A stretch of DNA of 38,261 nt from Planctomycetota bacterium (GCA_036338595.1 JAYZBV010000041.1:1-38261), one strand, 5' to 3'. Positions 15,859 to 25,459 are shown, numbered from the stretch's first letter. Translations and numbers: made by a program. Notes: generated from the letters alone by a model not told the origin.

Positions 15859-18453
15859 TCATTCCGTCGCCAACAGCATCAATCCATTGAGAAACAGGTC
15901 CGCCGTGCCCCTCCAGAAGGACCGAAACAGCGGATCCCCGGCAAATAGCACCACCCTGCCCCGACCGACCCTCTGCTCGACGAGCCAAACACCTCCAGCG
16001 AGCGCTTGCTGGTTTTCATCGGAGATGAAACCACTCACCACGGGATTGTTCCCGGCAAGCACTCCCACATCCGAGGCTCCCCCCGACAGTTCAAATATGC
16101 GGGAGCTGCCGATGAACCCGTGAATATTGACCGGCTGTCCGAAGGAGAGCGGATGGTCCGGATCGAGTTCAATCGAGACAATGTTGCCGGGCACCTGTTG
16201 TTTGCGTCGTTCCTCCTTCAGATCTGCCCTCGTTTTTCTCTTCGTCTCCGTCTCTTCAGGGTCAGGAACATCCCGTACCTTCTGCGAGACGAGTCCCGCC
16301 CCCGACTCCCCCATCTGATAGGCACTGCTTCCGAGCGCCAACACGACACCACCGGAGCGAACCCAGGCCTTCAGCGATTCCTTGCCCCTCTCGCCCATCG
16401 CCGATCCCCTGGCACCCGATGGAATCACCAGTACATCAAATTGGTCGAGGCGTGACAGACCTCCCGCCGAGATGCTGGTGAAGGGGATCTCCATCTCCTG
16501 CTCCAGAAAACTCCAGACCGCCCCGAAAGAAAGGCTCGAGACGGAGCCAGGACCCAGTACCGCGATACGAGCGTGAGCCAGTTCGGGAAAGGAGCCCGAT
16601 CCGAGGTCAGGTCCGACATCGGTCCAGCCACTGGCTGTACCCCTGAACAGTGTGCCGGTTTGCTTCGCCACCCGGGCCACCAGTTCGTGCGTCTGCTGCG
16701 ACGAGACTCTCACGATCAGCGTTCCCGGTGGGTAGTCCTGGCCCTCGATCTGGATCTTTTCAGTGACCAGGTCCACTCGTTCTCCGGCAGCCTGGATCGC
16801 CCGGAGCGCCTTCGCCGAGGGAACTCCCTGCCACCGATGGAGATAGGCGACTCCTGCGGGCTGCTCGATTTGACCGACCGGGTCCTCCAGCGATCCCAGC
16901 GGTACCAGGATGCCATCGATCGGTGTCGGTGCGATGTAGGCCTCGACTCCAAATGCCATCGGCAAGGACCAGGCGGCGACATCGTAAAAGTAAGCCTCGC
17001 CCGCCTCGGCGTGCGGTTCGAGGAGTGTCCGTGCGAGCCTGCCCTGGGGTTGATCGAGGGGTACGACGACCGTCCCCTCCGGCAATTCCAGAGCTTCCTG
17101 CGGTGTCCCATCGTGATGGACCAGGCCCTGCACTGTCCTGGCATCGATCGTCTGAACCATCTCGATTCCCTGTGCCTGCAACAGCCGCAACAACGAAAGC
17201 CGCCGATCTCCCGAACCTGGCGGCAAGATGAACTGCGAGATGTCGGATTCACGTCCCGCCTGAATGGTACCTTGCCGGAACTGATGGAAGTCCTGCTGGA
17301 GTTTGGCTCTGTTTCTGGCCGCACAGTCAGCGGTAGCCAGACCTGCGACGTGATGATGATGGAGCCGCTCCCCCAGGGTCAACAGGGTTCCGTTGCGACG
17401 ACGATAGACCAGTCCCGCTCCCCCGCCTCCCGCTTGCTCGTAGGTCATACCGATGGCGCCATTGAGGCTCGGCCACGAGTCGCCGTATGCCGGATAAAAG
17501 AGATCAAACTGCTCAGCGGTATAGTATCTCCAGGTGAACCGATCAAAGGCCTGGGCATTGGCGAGCCCGAAGACGCGGCTCCACTCGACACGCTCCGCTG
17601 GAATGTTTGAATTGATCGGTTTTTCGGGGGGAAAGAAGAAGTAGGTCGATTCTGCTGACATCTCGTGAAAGTCGACATGGACCAGCGGTTGCCAGCGGAG
17701 GTAGTGGCGGATCCGCGCTCGTGTTTCTGGCTGGCTTTGCCAGGCCCAGTCCCTGTTGAGATCAAACAGAAAATGATTGCTACGACCGGATGGAGATGAT
17801 GGGGAGTGTTCGGCAGCGGTGGGATCCGGATTGGGTGGTTTCGCAGCGACCTGGTGATACCAGTGAAGGTACCGCTCCCTGCCATCGGGATTCAGCAGTG
17901 GATCGATGATCACCAGGCAATTCTCTCGAATACGACGAATCGCCTCATCGGAACCATCTGCGAGCTGGTGAATCGTCGCCAGCGCTGCCTCCGTGCCCGA
18001 TGACTCGTCGCCATGAACATTGTAGGAGAGCCAGACCACGGCAGGCAGGTCCTCGAGCAACGAAGCCAGCGACAGTTCTTCTCGTTCCGCCAGTTTCCTC
18101 GGGTCAGCGAGAAGTTCCTGGGAAGACTGGATCTGATCGAGCCTGGCGATGTTGGCCTGCTCCGAGATCATCACCAGAACCAGTTCGCGACCCTCCGCAG
18201 AGTGCCCATATCGTTGAATGGAAACTCGCGGCGATACTCGAGCCACTTCGCGACAGTAGGCCATGACATCGTGGTGAGGCGTGAATCGATCACCGAGCGC
18301 GATCCCGAAAAACTGATCTGGAGTCGGCACCTTGCCCTCGAAGGTATCGTTTCCAGTGTAGGGATACCTCGTATCCTCCTCGACAGCGGGAGTCGCCGTG
18401 CCCAGCCCGCCGATGGCCAGAAGACACAAGAAAGTTATCGACAATTTCAGCAT
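15859..18453 (-). CDS. Secreted M14-family zinc carboxypeptidase with C-terminal GATase-like domain
   Basis: Signal peptide; VHGDE, NPDGRE, DLNRDW, DFHEM, TYEQAG; AGGAGG SD before ATG 18453. Confidence 0.92.
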   Translation of the reverse strand: MLKLSITFLCLLAIGGLGTATPAVEEDTRYPYTGNDTFEGKVPTPDQFFGIALGDRFTPHHDVMAYCREVARVSPRVSIQRYGHSAEGRELVLVMISEQANIARLDQIQSSQELLADPRKLAEREELSLASLLEDLPAVVWLSYNVHGDESSGTEAALATIHQLADGSDEAIRRIRENCLVIIDPLLNPDGRERYLHWYHQVAAKPPNPDPTAAEHSPSSPSGRSNHFLFDLNRDWAWQSQPETRARIRHYLRWQPLVHVDFHEMSAESTYFFFPPEKPINSNIPAERVEWSRVFGLANAQAFDRFTWRYYTAEQFDLFYPAYGDSWPSLNGAIGMTYEQAGGGGAGLVYRRRNGTLLTLGERLHHHHVAGLATADCAARNRAKLQQDFHQFRQGTIQAGRESDISQFILPPGSGDRRLSLLRLLQAQGIEMVQTIDARTVQGLVHHDGTPQEALELPEGTVVVPLDQPQGRLARTLLEPHAEAGEAYFYDVAAWSLPMAFGVEAYIAPTPIDGILVPLGSLEDPVGQIEQPAGVAYLHRWQGVPSAKALRAIQAAGERVDLVTEKIQIEGQDYPPGTLIVRVSSQQTHELVARVAKQTGTLFRGTASGWTDVGPDLGSGSFPELAHARIAVLGPGSVSSLSFGAVWSFLEQEMEIPFTSISAGGLSRLDQFDVLVIPSGARGSAMGERGKESLKAWVRSGGVVLALGSSAYQMGESGAGLVSQKVRDVPDPEETETKRKTRADLKEERRKQQVPGNIVSIELDPDHPLSFGQPVNIHGFIGSSRIFELSGGASDVGVLAGNNPVVSGFISDENQQALAGGVWLVEQRVGRGRVVLFAGDPLFRSFWRGTADLFLNGLMLLATE

Positions 18454-18578
18454 TGATCCTCCTGGATCCGGGGGTAGAGATGCTCCAGGGAAAACCCTGA
18501 CCGCAGCATTCTGTCCTCTCGGAGTCTTTGTGGCTAGGTGGGCCATCTTCGCCAGTTCTGCACGATTGGAAACCGACC

Positions 18579-19952
18579 TTGTCCAACTCTCGATCAGAAA
18601 TCGCCCCGCTGATCCGGCTGGCTGCCCCCATTGTTTTCACCCAGGTCGCGATGATGACGATGGGCATGGTCGATATCTGGATGGTGAGCAGGCTGGGCAC
18701 CACCTCCCTCGCCGCCGTGGCGCTGGGTGACACCTGGGTCTTTGGCACCCTGGTGATCGCCCAGGGGTTGATCCAGGGCCTCGACCCACTCGTCACCCAG
18801 GCACATGGAGCCCGAGATCCGGTAGCGCTGGGCAGATCACTGCAACGGGGAATCCTGCTCGCCCTCTGCCTGCTCCCGGTCGTGACCCTGTCATGGCAAT
18901 TCGCCCAGGACACCCTGATGGCACTGGGACAAGCGGAGAATCTCAGCGCCATTGCGGATCAATATGTCCATGCTCAGATCTTCAGCCTTCCGGCGGTTCT
19001 CGGTTTCTTCGTACTCAAGCAGTACCTGCAAGGGCGGGGGCACCTCGCACCTCTGGTGGGTACCGTGATCGTTGCCAACCTCTTCAATGTCGTCTTCAAC
19101 GAGTTATTCATCTTCGGGGGCCTCGGCATTCCCGCCCTGGGAGTCAAGGGTGCCGCCTACGCAACCGGGGCGAGCCGGTGGTTGATGTTATTCGGCATGA
19201 TGTTCCTCACCATTCGTGGCCGATACCTCCAGGGGGGGTGGGTTCCCTGGAGTCGAAGAAGTTTCTCACCCCGGGCGATGAGGGTACTGCTCTTCCTTGG
19301 AATACCGATATCGGTCCACTTCGGTGTCGAGGTATGGACCTTCAACGCCGCCACCTTGATGGCAGGCCAACTCGGAGAAACTCAGATCGCCTCACATATC
19401 GTGGTCCTGAAGATCATCTCCTTCACATTCATGTTTCCCTGGGGGATCAGCGGCGCTGCCACGACCCGCGTCGGAAATTTGCTGGGGGCGGCGGATCCTG
19501 TGCGGGCCAGGCACGCAGGGTTCATGTCATTGCTGATGACGGTAGTGGTGATGGCGACGCTCGCTGCTGCGATCCTGCTGCTCGATGATCGATTGCCCGG
19601 GTTGTTCTCGGCTGATCCTCGAGTGCTGGCCAGCGCTCTCGCACTGCTGCCCATCGCAGCGGGATTTCAGATCTTCGATGGCGTGCAGGCTGTGGCTGCA
19701 GGCGTTCTTCGTGGTGCCGGCCAGACCATTCCCGCTGCAGCGATCGGTGTCATCGGGTTCCCCTGTGTCACCCTACCGCTCGCCTATCATCTGACCTTCC
19801 GTCTAGAGATGGGATTGCCTGGGATCTGGTGGGCCTTCTTCATCGGCTTGCTGCTGGTGGCGATTCTGCTGGTCAGCTGGTTCCTGATCGTGTCCAGACG
19901 CTGGAAACCTCTGATGCGAAGAATCGGAGAAGCGCAGGACTCCGCAAGCTAG
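18579..19952 (+). CDS. MATE family efflux transporter (NorM-like)
   Basis: LAAPI, VD..MV.RLG, Q.HGA, GIPALGVKGAA.AT, RVGNLLGA, FQIFDGVQ..GVLRG; start uncertain (18528 or 18579). Confidence 0.93.
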   Translation: MSNSRSEIAPLIRLAAPIVFTQVAMMTMGMVDIWMVSRLGTTSLAAVALGDTWVFGTLVIAQGLIQGLDPLVTQAHGARDPVALGRSLQRGILLALCLLPVVTLSWQFAQDTLMALGQAENLSAIADQYVHAQIFSLPAVLGFFVLKQYLQGRGHLAPLVGTVIVANLFNVVFNELFIFGGLGIPALGVKGAAYATGASRWLMLFGMMFLTIRGRYLQGGWVPWSRRSFSPRAMRVLLFLGIPISVHFGVEVWTFNAATLMAGQLGETQIASHIVVLKIISFTFMFPWGISGAATTRVGNLLGAADPVRARHAGFMSLLMTVVVMATLAAAILLLDDRLPGLFSADPRVLASALALLPIAAGFQIFDGVQAVAAGVLRGAGQTIPAAAIGVIGFPCVTLPLAYHLTFRLEMGLPGIWWAFFIGLLLVAILLVSWFLIVSRRWKPLMRRIGEAQDSAS

Positions 19953-19958
19953 AGGCCG

Positions 19959-20969
19959 CTACGAGGTGGCATCGAGCAGGAATCGGTAACTACCGATGGA
20001 AGTGCTGACCTTCAGCATCATCCCCGAAGGCGCCGACTCGATGGTGACCTGGAGTCCCGGTTGGCCCGGTCCCGTTGGCCCCGCTGGAGTCAGTAATCTG
20101 GTTCCTTCACCACTATCGAAGTCGTTCAGTTTCTGTTCGAGCGCGATGCGCTGCTGAATCGCCCGATCGAGCCTGCGCTGGAGTTCCTCCCGTTCACCCT
20201 GCTGCTGCTCGCCACCTCCATCGATGCGCCGGATTCGTTTCTGAGATCGTTGAATGGATCTCGTCAACTCTGCCTGGGCTGCTGCAGTCCTTTCGCGAGA
20301 TGGATCCTCGAGACGAAGCACAGGCTGCTTCCCCGAACCGGTCACCAGCACCGCTCGAGCCACCGGTGAATCCCCTGCGAGATCCTCGATGGTGCCGAGC
20401 ACACAGTGGCTCGGCAACGCAGTCAACGAAGGGAACTGAAAAGTCTGGAGTTTCCAGCCATCGAGTTCCTTGACCACGGAAGTGACGGGTGCGCCGTTGC
20501 AAGAGAGATCCAGGATCCCCCATTGCAGCCTCAGATAAAGTCTCGGCGATGCAGCGTCCTCCACCACTGCCAGGGTGGCTACCATCGCCTCCCCGGGTCG
20601 ATCGAGGACACCGCGCACCAACGGGATCCGCAGTGCAGGTCCGCCACCGAGCGAACGCACCAGAAATCGAACCTGATGGTTGGCACCGATTTCGAGGGAC
20701 AACTGGTGCTTGCCAGGCGGAAGCAGCACTCCGGACCAGAGGGTCGGTAACGGAGCGGTGAGGATACAATCTCCAGGAATCTCCACGATACCGAACCGGG
20801 TCAGGTCAGGGAGTGCCGGAACCACCGCAGGAGCGTCGGGGAGCTGAACCGAGAACTCGATCGCACCGATGCGCGCCTTCGAGATTCGTGCCGCAGGAAT
20901 ACCCTGGCCCTGTTGTGCTGCAGCGATCACTCCTGGCATCACCAACACCGCGGCCAGCAGCGTCATCAT
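19959..20969 (-). CDS. Hypothetical exported protein (weak DUF2911-like N-half, coiled-coil insertion)
   Basis: Signal peptide MMTLLAAVLVMPGVIAAA; GVLLPPGKHQL...LRIP...LQWG; heptad region AQAELTRSIQ...LEQKL; start uncertain. Confidence 0.6.
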   Translation of the reverse strand: MMTLLAAVLVMPGVIAAAQQGQGIPAARISKARIGAIEFSVQLPDAPAVVPALPDLTRFGIVEIPGDCILTAPLPTLWSGVLLPPGKHQLSLEIGANHQVRFLVRSLGGGPALRIPLVRGVLDRPGEAMVATLAVVEDAASPRLYLRLQWGILDLSCNGAPVTSVVKELDGWKLQTFQFPSLTALPSHCVLGTIEDLAGDSPVARAVLVTGSGKQPVLRLEDPSRERTAAAQAELTRSIQRSQKRIRRIDGGGEQQQGEREELQRRLDRAIQQRIALEQKLNDFDSGEGTRLLTPAGPTGPGQPGLQVTIESAPSGMMLKVSTSIGSYRFLLDATS

Positions 20970-21096
20970 CAGGGTCGCTCGCCGGAGGCTCAGAAACTGG
21001 TGCGAAAAGAACGAGCGTGAATTGACGAGGACCCGGAGCCCATTCTCCCCGCGGGAGAAAGCGATCCGGATCCCATCTTCGGCCTGGCGACCGTAT

Positions 21097-21852
21097 CTAG
21101 AAACTGAAGTCGATCCCGACGAATCCATTGAGTCCGCCGTAATCCACATCCCCCGCAGAATCTCCATCGCCATCGATGTCGATTCTCACCTCACTGCTGA
21201 CGATGTCGTACTGAGCCTCTGCGAGCAGGGTGAAGGCTCCGCCTGCGAGTGCCCACCGCATCGATGCAGAGGGGCGAAACAGGAACATGAACTGATCCGA
21301 AACTGCCACCGTTGGAACATTTCCGACATTGTCATCCGCGATCGCTGCGAGGTACTCGGCACTGGTGGTGGCATTCGCCATCAGGCCGCCGATCCCCACT
21401 CCATAGCGAAGAAAGGGTAAGTTCCCATCCTGGGAGAGCGGAACATCCCAGTCCAGATTCAGAAGAAACGCTCTCCGGTTGATTTTACCGATCGCCCTCT
21501 CTCCCACCGACCGAATCGAAATGGGATTATCAAAGTACCCGACGGCACTTTCTGCAGCGGTTTCCACGAACAGGGCACCTTCGACATCATCGATGGTGTC
21601 AAATTCGAACCCGTAGTGCATTCCGTACTCGTATTCGTAATTGACGCGAATTCCAAAGCCAGAACCCCCCGTGAAGTGGGCGCTGTTGGGACTGAAACCG
21701 CCCGCCTTGAACTCGGTGTGGATCTGGTCCTCGAAGAGCATCGCATCGCGCTCGTTGTATCCTGGGACTGCGCAACCGCTGGTGACCACGAGAGTCAGGA
21801 TTACGAGCGCCATCGATAGATAGACCGGGTGAACTAGTCGCCGTCTCTGCAT
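21097..21852 (-). CDS. Outer-membrane beta-barrel protein with lipobox
   Basis: Signal ending TSGC; amphipathic beta-strands, YGVGIG, C-terminal GFVGIDFSF (terminal Phe, Bam signal-like); AAGGAG SD. Confidence 0.75.
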   Translation of the reverse strand: MQRRRLVHPVYLSMALVILTLVVTSGCAVPGYNERDAMLFEDQIHTEFKAGGFSPNSAHFTGGSGFGIRVNYEYEYGMHYGFEFDTIDDVEGALFVETAAESAVGYFDNPISIRSVGERAIGKINRRAFLLNLDWDVPLSQDGNLPFLRYGVGIGGLMANATTSAEYLAAIADDNVGNVPTVAVSDQFMFLFRPSASMRWALAGGAFTLLAEAQYDIVSSEVRIDIDGDGDSAGDVDYGGLNGFVGIDFSF

Positions 21853-22156
21853 GCTTCATCTCCTTCTTTCGCTGCCGGGTAGTTCCTCGACGATCGTGGC
21901 CGGTAGAGATCTTCTCCAGCACGACACTCCGGGGCCCGGAACACCCCTCTTTCCCCGCTGGATCCCCACGGGCTCGTGTGGAAGATCACCTCGACCAATG
22001 AACCGGGCGACACCGAGACAACCGTGCCGCCGGAACACCCCCCGGGGAAAACGGAAGGTACCCGCACTTCCAGCCCCGATGCAAGGTGCCGTCACACTTC
22101 ATCTGGGCCTATTCGGTAGAGGAGAGGCGGTTGGCGGGCCGATTCTGGCTGTCGGG

Positions 22157-23791
22157 TCACTGCTTCGAGGTACCTGGAGATCTCTTGCTGCGCCGGCGTC
22201 GGCGCTTCGGACGCTTGCGCGGGCTCTCTCTTTCTTCATCCGGGACAGCAGATTCGGCAGGTCCTGCTCCCTGCTGGCCCGCTCCCCCGCCTGGCCTTCG
22301 ACGTCTGCCACGGGGTTGGGAAACAGGCACTTCAGGGAAACTTTCGGCCTCCTCGAGGCGTTCCGATCGACCCTCACCCGGTCCCAGCAGGATATAGAGG
22401 ATCTCGATCGAATCTCTCGCCCAGGCATTCCCCTCCAGCTCGCTCGACCACTTCCCCTCCTCGACGCACTTCTGTACCGCTGAAAGGCCCCGGAGGCCGT
22501 CCCAGAGGCGGTCCCCATCGCGGCGATAGACCTTCAGCTGACGCAGCACCGCCGTGACGCCGTCGCGAATCTTTCTGGGCAGGTGGCCAGATCGCCGCTC
22601 TGGCCCCTGCAGCAACGATTCCAGTCTGGCGAGCAGTTCCGGTGCGATCAGGGCAGCGATGCCGAGCGCCTGGTGAACGCGTTTTCCCTCTCTGACGCGC
22701 TGATCGAGCCGACCGAGCGCTTCGCCCCAGCGGTCGTGGACGCCGGGATCCTCGATCTGCTCGGTGATGACCGGCATCAGCAGTTCGAGGAATCCGAGTT
22801 CGTGCAGGGTGACGAAGTAGTCCCTGGCATGTCCAGATCCGAGATCCTTGTAGAACTCCTCGAGAAGTCGCGCAGGATTCGCCTTCAGGATCTGATGTCG
22901 GCACCGTTCCATCGCCTTGCTGGTTTCAGGGGCGAAATGGAAACCTGTGCGACCTGCGTGTCGGATGGCCCTTAGCATCCTCACCGGATCCTCATGAAAG
23001 GAGCGGTCCGGATCTCCGACCATCCGAACCACCGATGCTCGCAGGTCATCGACGCCTCCGACGAAATCGATCACGGTGAATTTTTTCACATCGTAAAACA
23101 GTGCATTGATGGTCAGATCCCTGCGGTAGGCATCCTCTGCGGGAGTGCCGTAGACATTATCCCTGCGGATCATCTCCCCTTCACGGACCACCTCGTCTGC
23201 CTCGCCCGATGAACGAAAGGTAGCGACTTCGAGGATCTTGCCGCCACTGTAGTGCAGGTGTGCCAGTTTGAACCTGCGACCGATGACGCGACAGTTCCGG
23301 AAGATTCTCTTCACCTTGCGTGGTGTCGCATCGGTGACGATATCGAAGTCCTTGGGTGCCTTGCCGATCATCAGATCCCTGACCGCTCCGCCGACGAGGT
23401 ATGCGGTATGCCCCTGCTCGATCAGTCGGTAGAGAGCGTTGAGAGCATCCCGATCGATGTTCTTCCGGGAGATGCCATGGTCCTCCCTCGGCACCACCAC
23501 CGGGTCCAGCGCTGCCCAATCGATCGGAGGCTCCGGATCGCCGTCGACTCGCTGCGACCGCGACAGCAACGGCTCGGGTTCATCGGCTTTCCGTGCATCG
23601 GGTTCCCGCGCATCGGCTTCCCACTCCGGTTCATCCGCGCCCGGTCCGATCGGCTCCATCGAGGATTCGGTCGAGGGCGCCAATCCCGCCAGAAAGTCAT
23701 CTTTCGCGGCTGGATCGGATTCGGAGTCATTGCCCGACGGGTGCGATTGCTGCAACTGGGATCCATTCCACTTCCATGGCTGAGACCGCAC
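22157..23791 (-). CDS. pcnB: Poly(A) polymerase I
   Basis: LVGGAVRD..KDFD, PAP-specific IGRRFKLAHL signature, EVATFR, RRDLTINA, EDPVRMLRA; acidic N-tail and Arg-rich C-tail. Confidence 0.9.
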   Translation of the reverse strand: MRSQPWKWNGSQLQQSHPSGNDSESDPAAKDDFLAGLAPSTESSMEPIGPGADEPEWEADAREPDARKADEPEPLLSRSQRVDGDPEPPIDWAALDPVVVPREDHGISRKNIDRDALNALYRLIEQGHTAYLVGGAVRDLMIGKAPKDFDIVTDATPRKVKRIFRNCRVIGRRFKLAHLHYSGGKILEVATFRSSGEADEVVREGEMIRRDNVYGTPAEDAYRRDLTINALFYDVKKFTVIDFVGGVDDLRASVVRMVGDPDRSFHEDPVRMLRAIRHAGRTGFHFAPETSKAMERCRHQILKANPARLLEEFYKDLGSGHARDYFVTLHELGFLELLMPVITEQIEDPGVHDRWGEALGRLDQRVREGKRVHQALGIAALIAPELLARLESLLQGPERRSGHLPRKIRDGVTAVLRQLKVYRRDGDRLWDGLRGLSAVQKCVEEGKWSSELEGNAWARDSIEILYILLGPGEGRSERLEEAESFPEVPVSQPRGRRRRPGGGAGQQGAGPAESAVPDEERESPRKRPKRRRRRSKRSPGTSKQ

Positions 23792-24041
23792 GCTCCCACT
23801 TCAAGGAGGAGGTGATCGGGTACCGTTCGATCGGGCCTGCGGTGCCAGGAATCCGCTGTTCCAGCACCGTCGGCGGGAGATCTCAGGATACCGCAACCAC
23901 AGCGGAGGGTCATCCGAACCCGAACGTGCAGGTGGCCACTAAGGGGGTCAGGAGGCGACCATGGGCCCGCAATCAGGGATGAGAAGGGGCTCCGCAAATC
24001 GAGATTCGGATCCGAGGGACGAAGCAGAGGGGATCGATAGC

Positions 24042-24068
24042 CACTCCATCGTCACTCCATCGTCACTC
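24042..24068. repeat. 11-bp tandem repeat (CACTCCATCGT, about 2.5 copies)
   Basis: Copies at 24042-24052 and 24053-24063, partial from 24064, just after the lexA stop. Confidence 0.8.
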
Positions 24069-24079
24069 TGAGGCCACGA

Positions 24080-24748
24080 TCAGTCGGGCCAGCGGGGATA
24101 CCTTCGTACCACCCCCACGACGACTCCCCGGATCTCCACGGAATCGACGATGATCGGCTCGAGTGCTGAATTGGCGGGTTGAAGGCGAATACGATCGTTG
24201 CCATCGACCTTTTCACGGAAAAATTTCTTGAGAGTTGCGCCCTCGATACCCTCCTGGTCCTCCAGCACCGCCACCACCAGTTCGCCATCCTCGGCCACCT
24301 CTCGCCGCTCGACGAGCACCATGTCTCCATCATGGATGCCCTCATCGATCATGGATGTGCCCCGAACCCGTAAGGCGTAGTGCTCTCGTCCCATCGGCAG
24401 CAAGTCGGCCAGGTCCACCCGTTCAGGAACCTCGACCGCCTCGATCGGCTCTCCAGCAGCAATCCGACCGAGGATCTCAACCGGCAGATGCTCGCCACCC
24501 GCGGCCCGGCTTTCGATCGAAGTGGTCGCTTCCTGATACTGGGGATCGAGGATCTCGATCGATCGAGCCTTGTAGGGCACGCTCTGGATGGCTTCCTTCT
24601 TGACCAGTTGCTTGACATGCTCATGAATCGTGACGCGGGAGACACCAAAATTCTCCGCCATCTCATCGAGTGTAGGAGAGAGTTGCCTGTGGCTCCTGAA
24701 CTGTTGCAGGAACTCCATGATCTCCAGTTGCTTGTTGGTGTAGTACAT
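24080..24748 (-). CDS. lexA: SOS repressor LexA
   Basis: N-terminal wHTH (PTLDEMA..VTIHEHV..L..K, ARSI), IAAGEP Ala-Gly cleavage site, GTSMI (Ser), TLKKF (Lys), LQPAN. Confidence 0.96.
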   Translation of the reverse strand: MYYTNKQLEIMEFLQQFRSHRQLSPTLDEMAENFGVSRVTIHEHVKQLVKKEAIQSVPYKARSIEILDPQYQEATTSIESRAAGGEHLPVEILGRIAAGEPIEAVEVPERVDLADLLPMGREHYALRVRGTSMIDEGIHDGDMVLVERREVAEDGELVVAVLEDQEGIEGATLKKFFREKVDGNDRIRLQPANSALEPIIVDSVEIRGVVVGVVRRYPRWPD

Positions 24749-24769
24749 CGCAACCCTACTTCCTGTAGC

Positions 24770-25306
24770 TCAAAGAACGCTGAACAGTAGCAGCAGCCCG
24801 ACCGGAAATCCCATCGTCGCCAGCACCTTTTCCAGCAGACTCATCCGATCCGGATCATCACCTGGCAATACCCCTGCCCCATCGCAACTCGCTTCGACGG
24901 CGGGCGCGGCGATCGAGAGGGGGTTCTGCAACGGCATCACGGTGGCCGTCCCCTGCTCGAGGACCGTCGCGGCTCCCTGACGGCGAGCGCGCGTGCGGGC
25001 CACTGCAGACCACGCACCCCGCGCCACACTCCAGAAACAATGCAACCACACCGTCTGCCGCGCCGAAGGAAAGCGGCTCGGCACGGTACGGCGACGGAAA
25101 GGATCCGGACGCCGGGGGTCCCCCGCAGGCCGCGCCGGGTTGGTACCCGGGTGGAGAGGGAAAATCTCCAGCTGGCGGCGCGAACGGGACACCCCACGGC
25201 GCGATCCGGACATCAGGGATTCTGAATCGGGAGCGGAAGTGACATCTGTGACGGGAGCGGCATCCGGGATGATGCGCTGGGAGTTTGAAGGGCGTGTATT
25301 TCTCAT
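24770..25306 (-). CDS. Hypothetical protein with C-terminal hydrophobic tail, probably co-transcribed with lexA
   Basis: 178-aa ORF, GAGGA SD, ends 21 nt before the lexA ATG; no recognisable domain. Confidence 0.5.
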   Translation of the reverse strand: MRNTRPSNSQRIIPDAAPVTDVTSAPDSESLMSGSRRGVSRSRRQLEIFPLHPGTNPARPAGDPRRPDPFRRRTVPSRFPSARQTVWLHCFWSVARGAWSAVARTRARRQGAATVLEQGTATVMPLQNPLSIAAPAVEASCDGAGVLPGDDPDRMSLLEKVLATMGFPVGLLLLFSVL

Positions 25307-25427
25307 CGATGGTTCCTCGGTCCTGGAAGCCTGCTGGCTGAAAGATCACGGGCGAGCGGTTCCCCACTTCTTCTCTGGCACCTCCGCAGGAACGGCGTAT
25401 CATGCTCCTCGCCGGTCCAACCCTGGG

Positions 25428-25459
25428 ATCGAACCTTGGTTCGATTCGGGTTCGATTCG
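25428..25459. promoter_or_regulatory. Putative LexA operator
   Basis: ATCGAAC-CTTG-GTTCGAT palindrome (25428-25445) overlapping GTTC-N7-GTTC (25439-25453), upstream of the ORF-lexA unit. Confidence 0.5.

Noticed and set aside
16573..17610. Long alternative ORFs (this one, 29773-30870, 14353-15306, 25303-26178 and similar)
   Set aside because: Antisense or off-frame overlaps of well-supported genes, as expected in high-GC DNA
23803..23817. Match to the 16S rRNA 3' end (GATCACCTCCT)
   Set aside because: The flanking sequence has no rRNA similarity; treated only as a possible anti-SD element
24042..24068. Tandem repeat as a CRISPR remnant
   Set aside because: 11-bp units with no spacers and no cas genes
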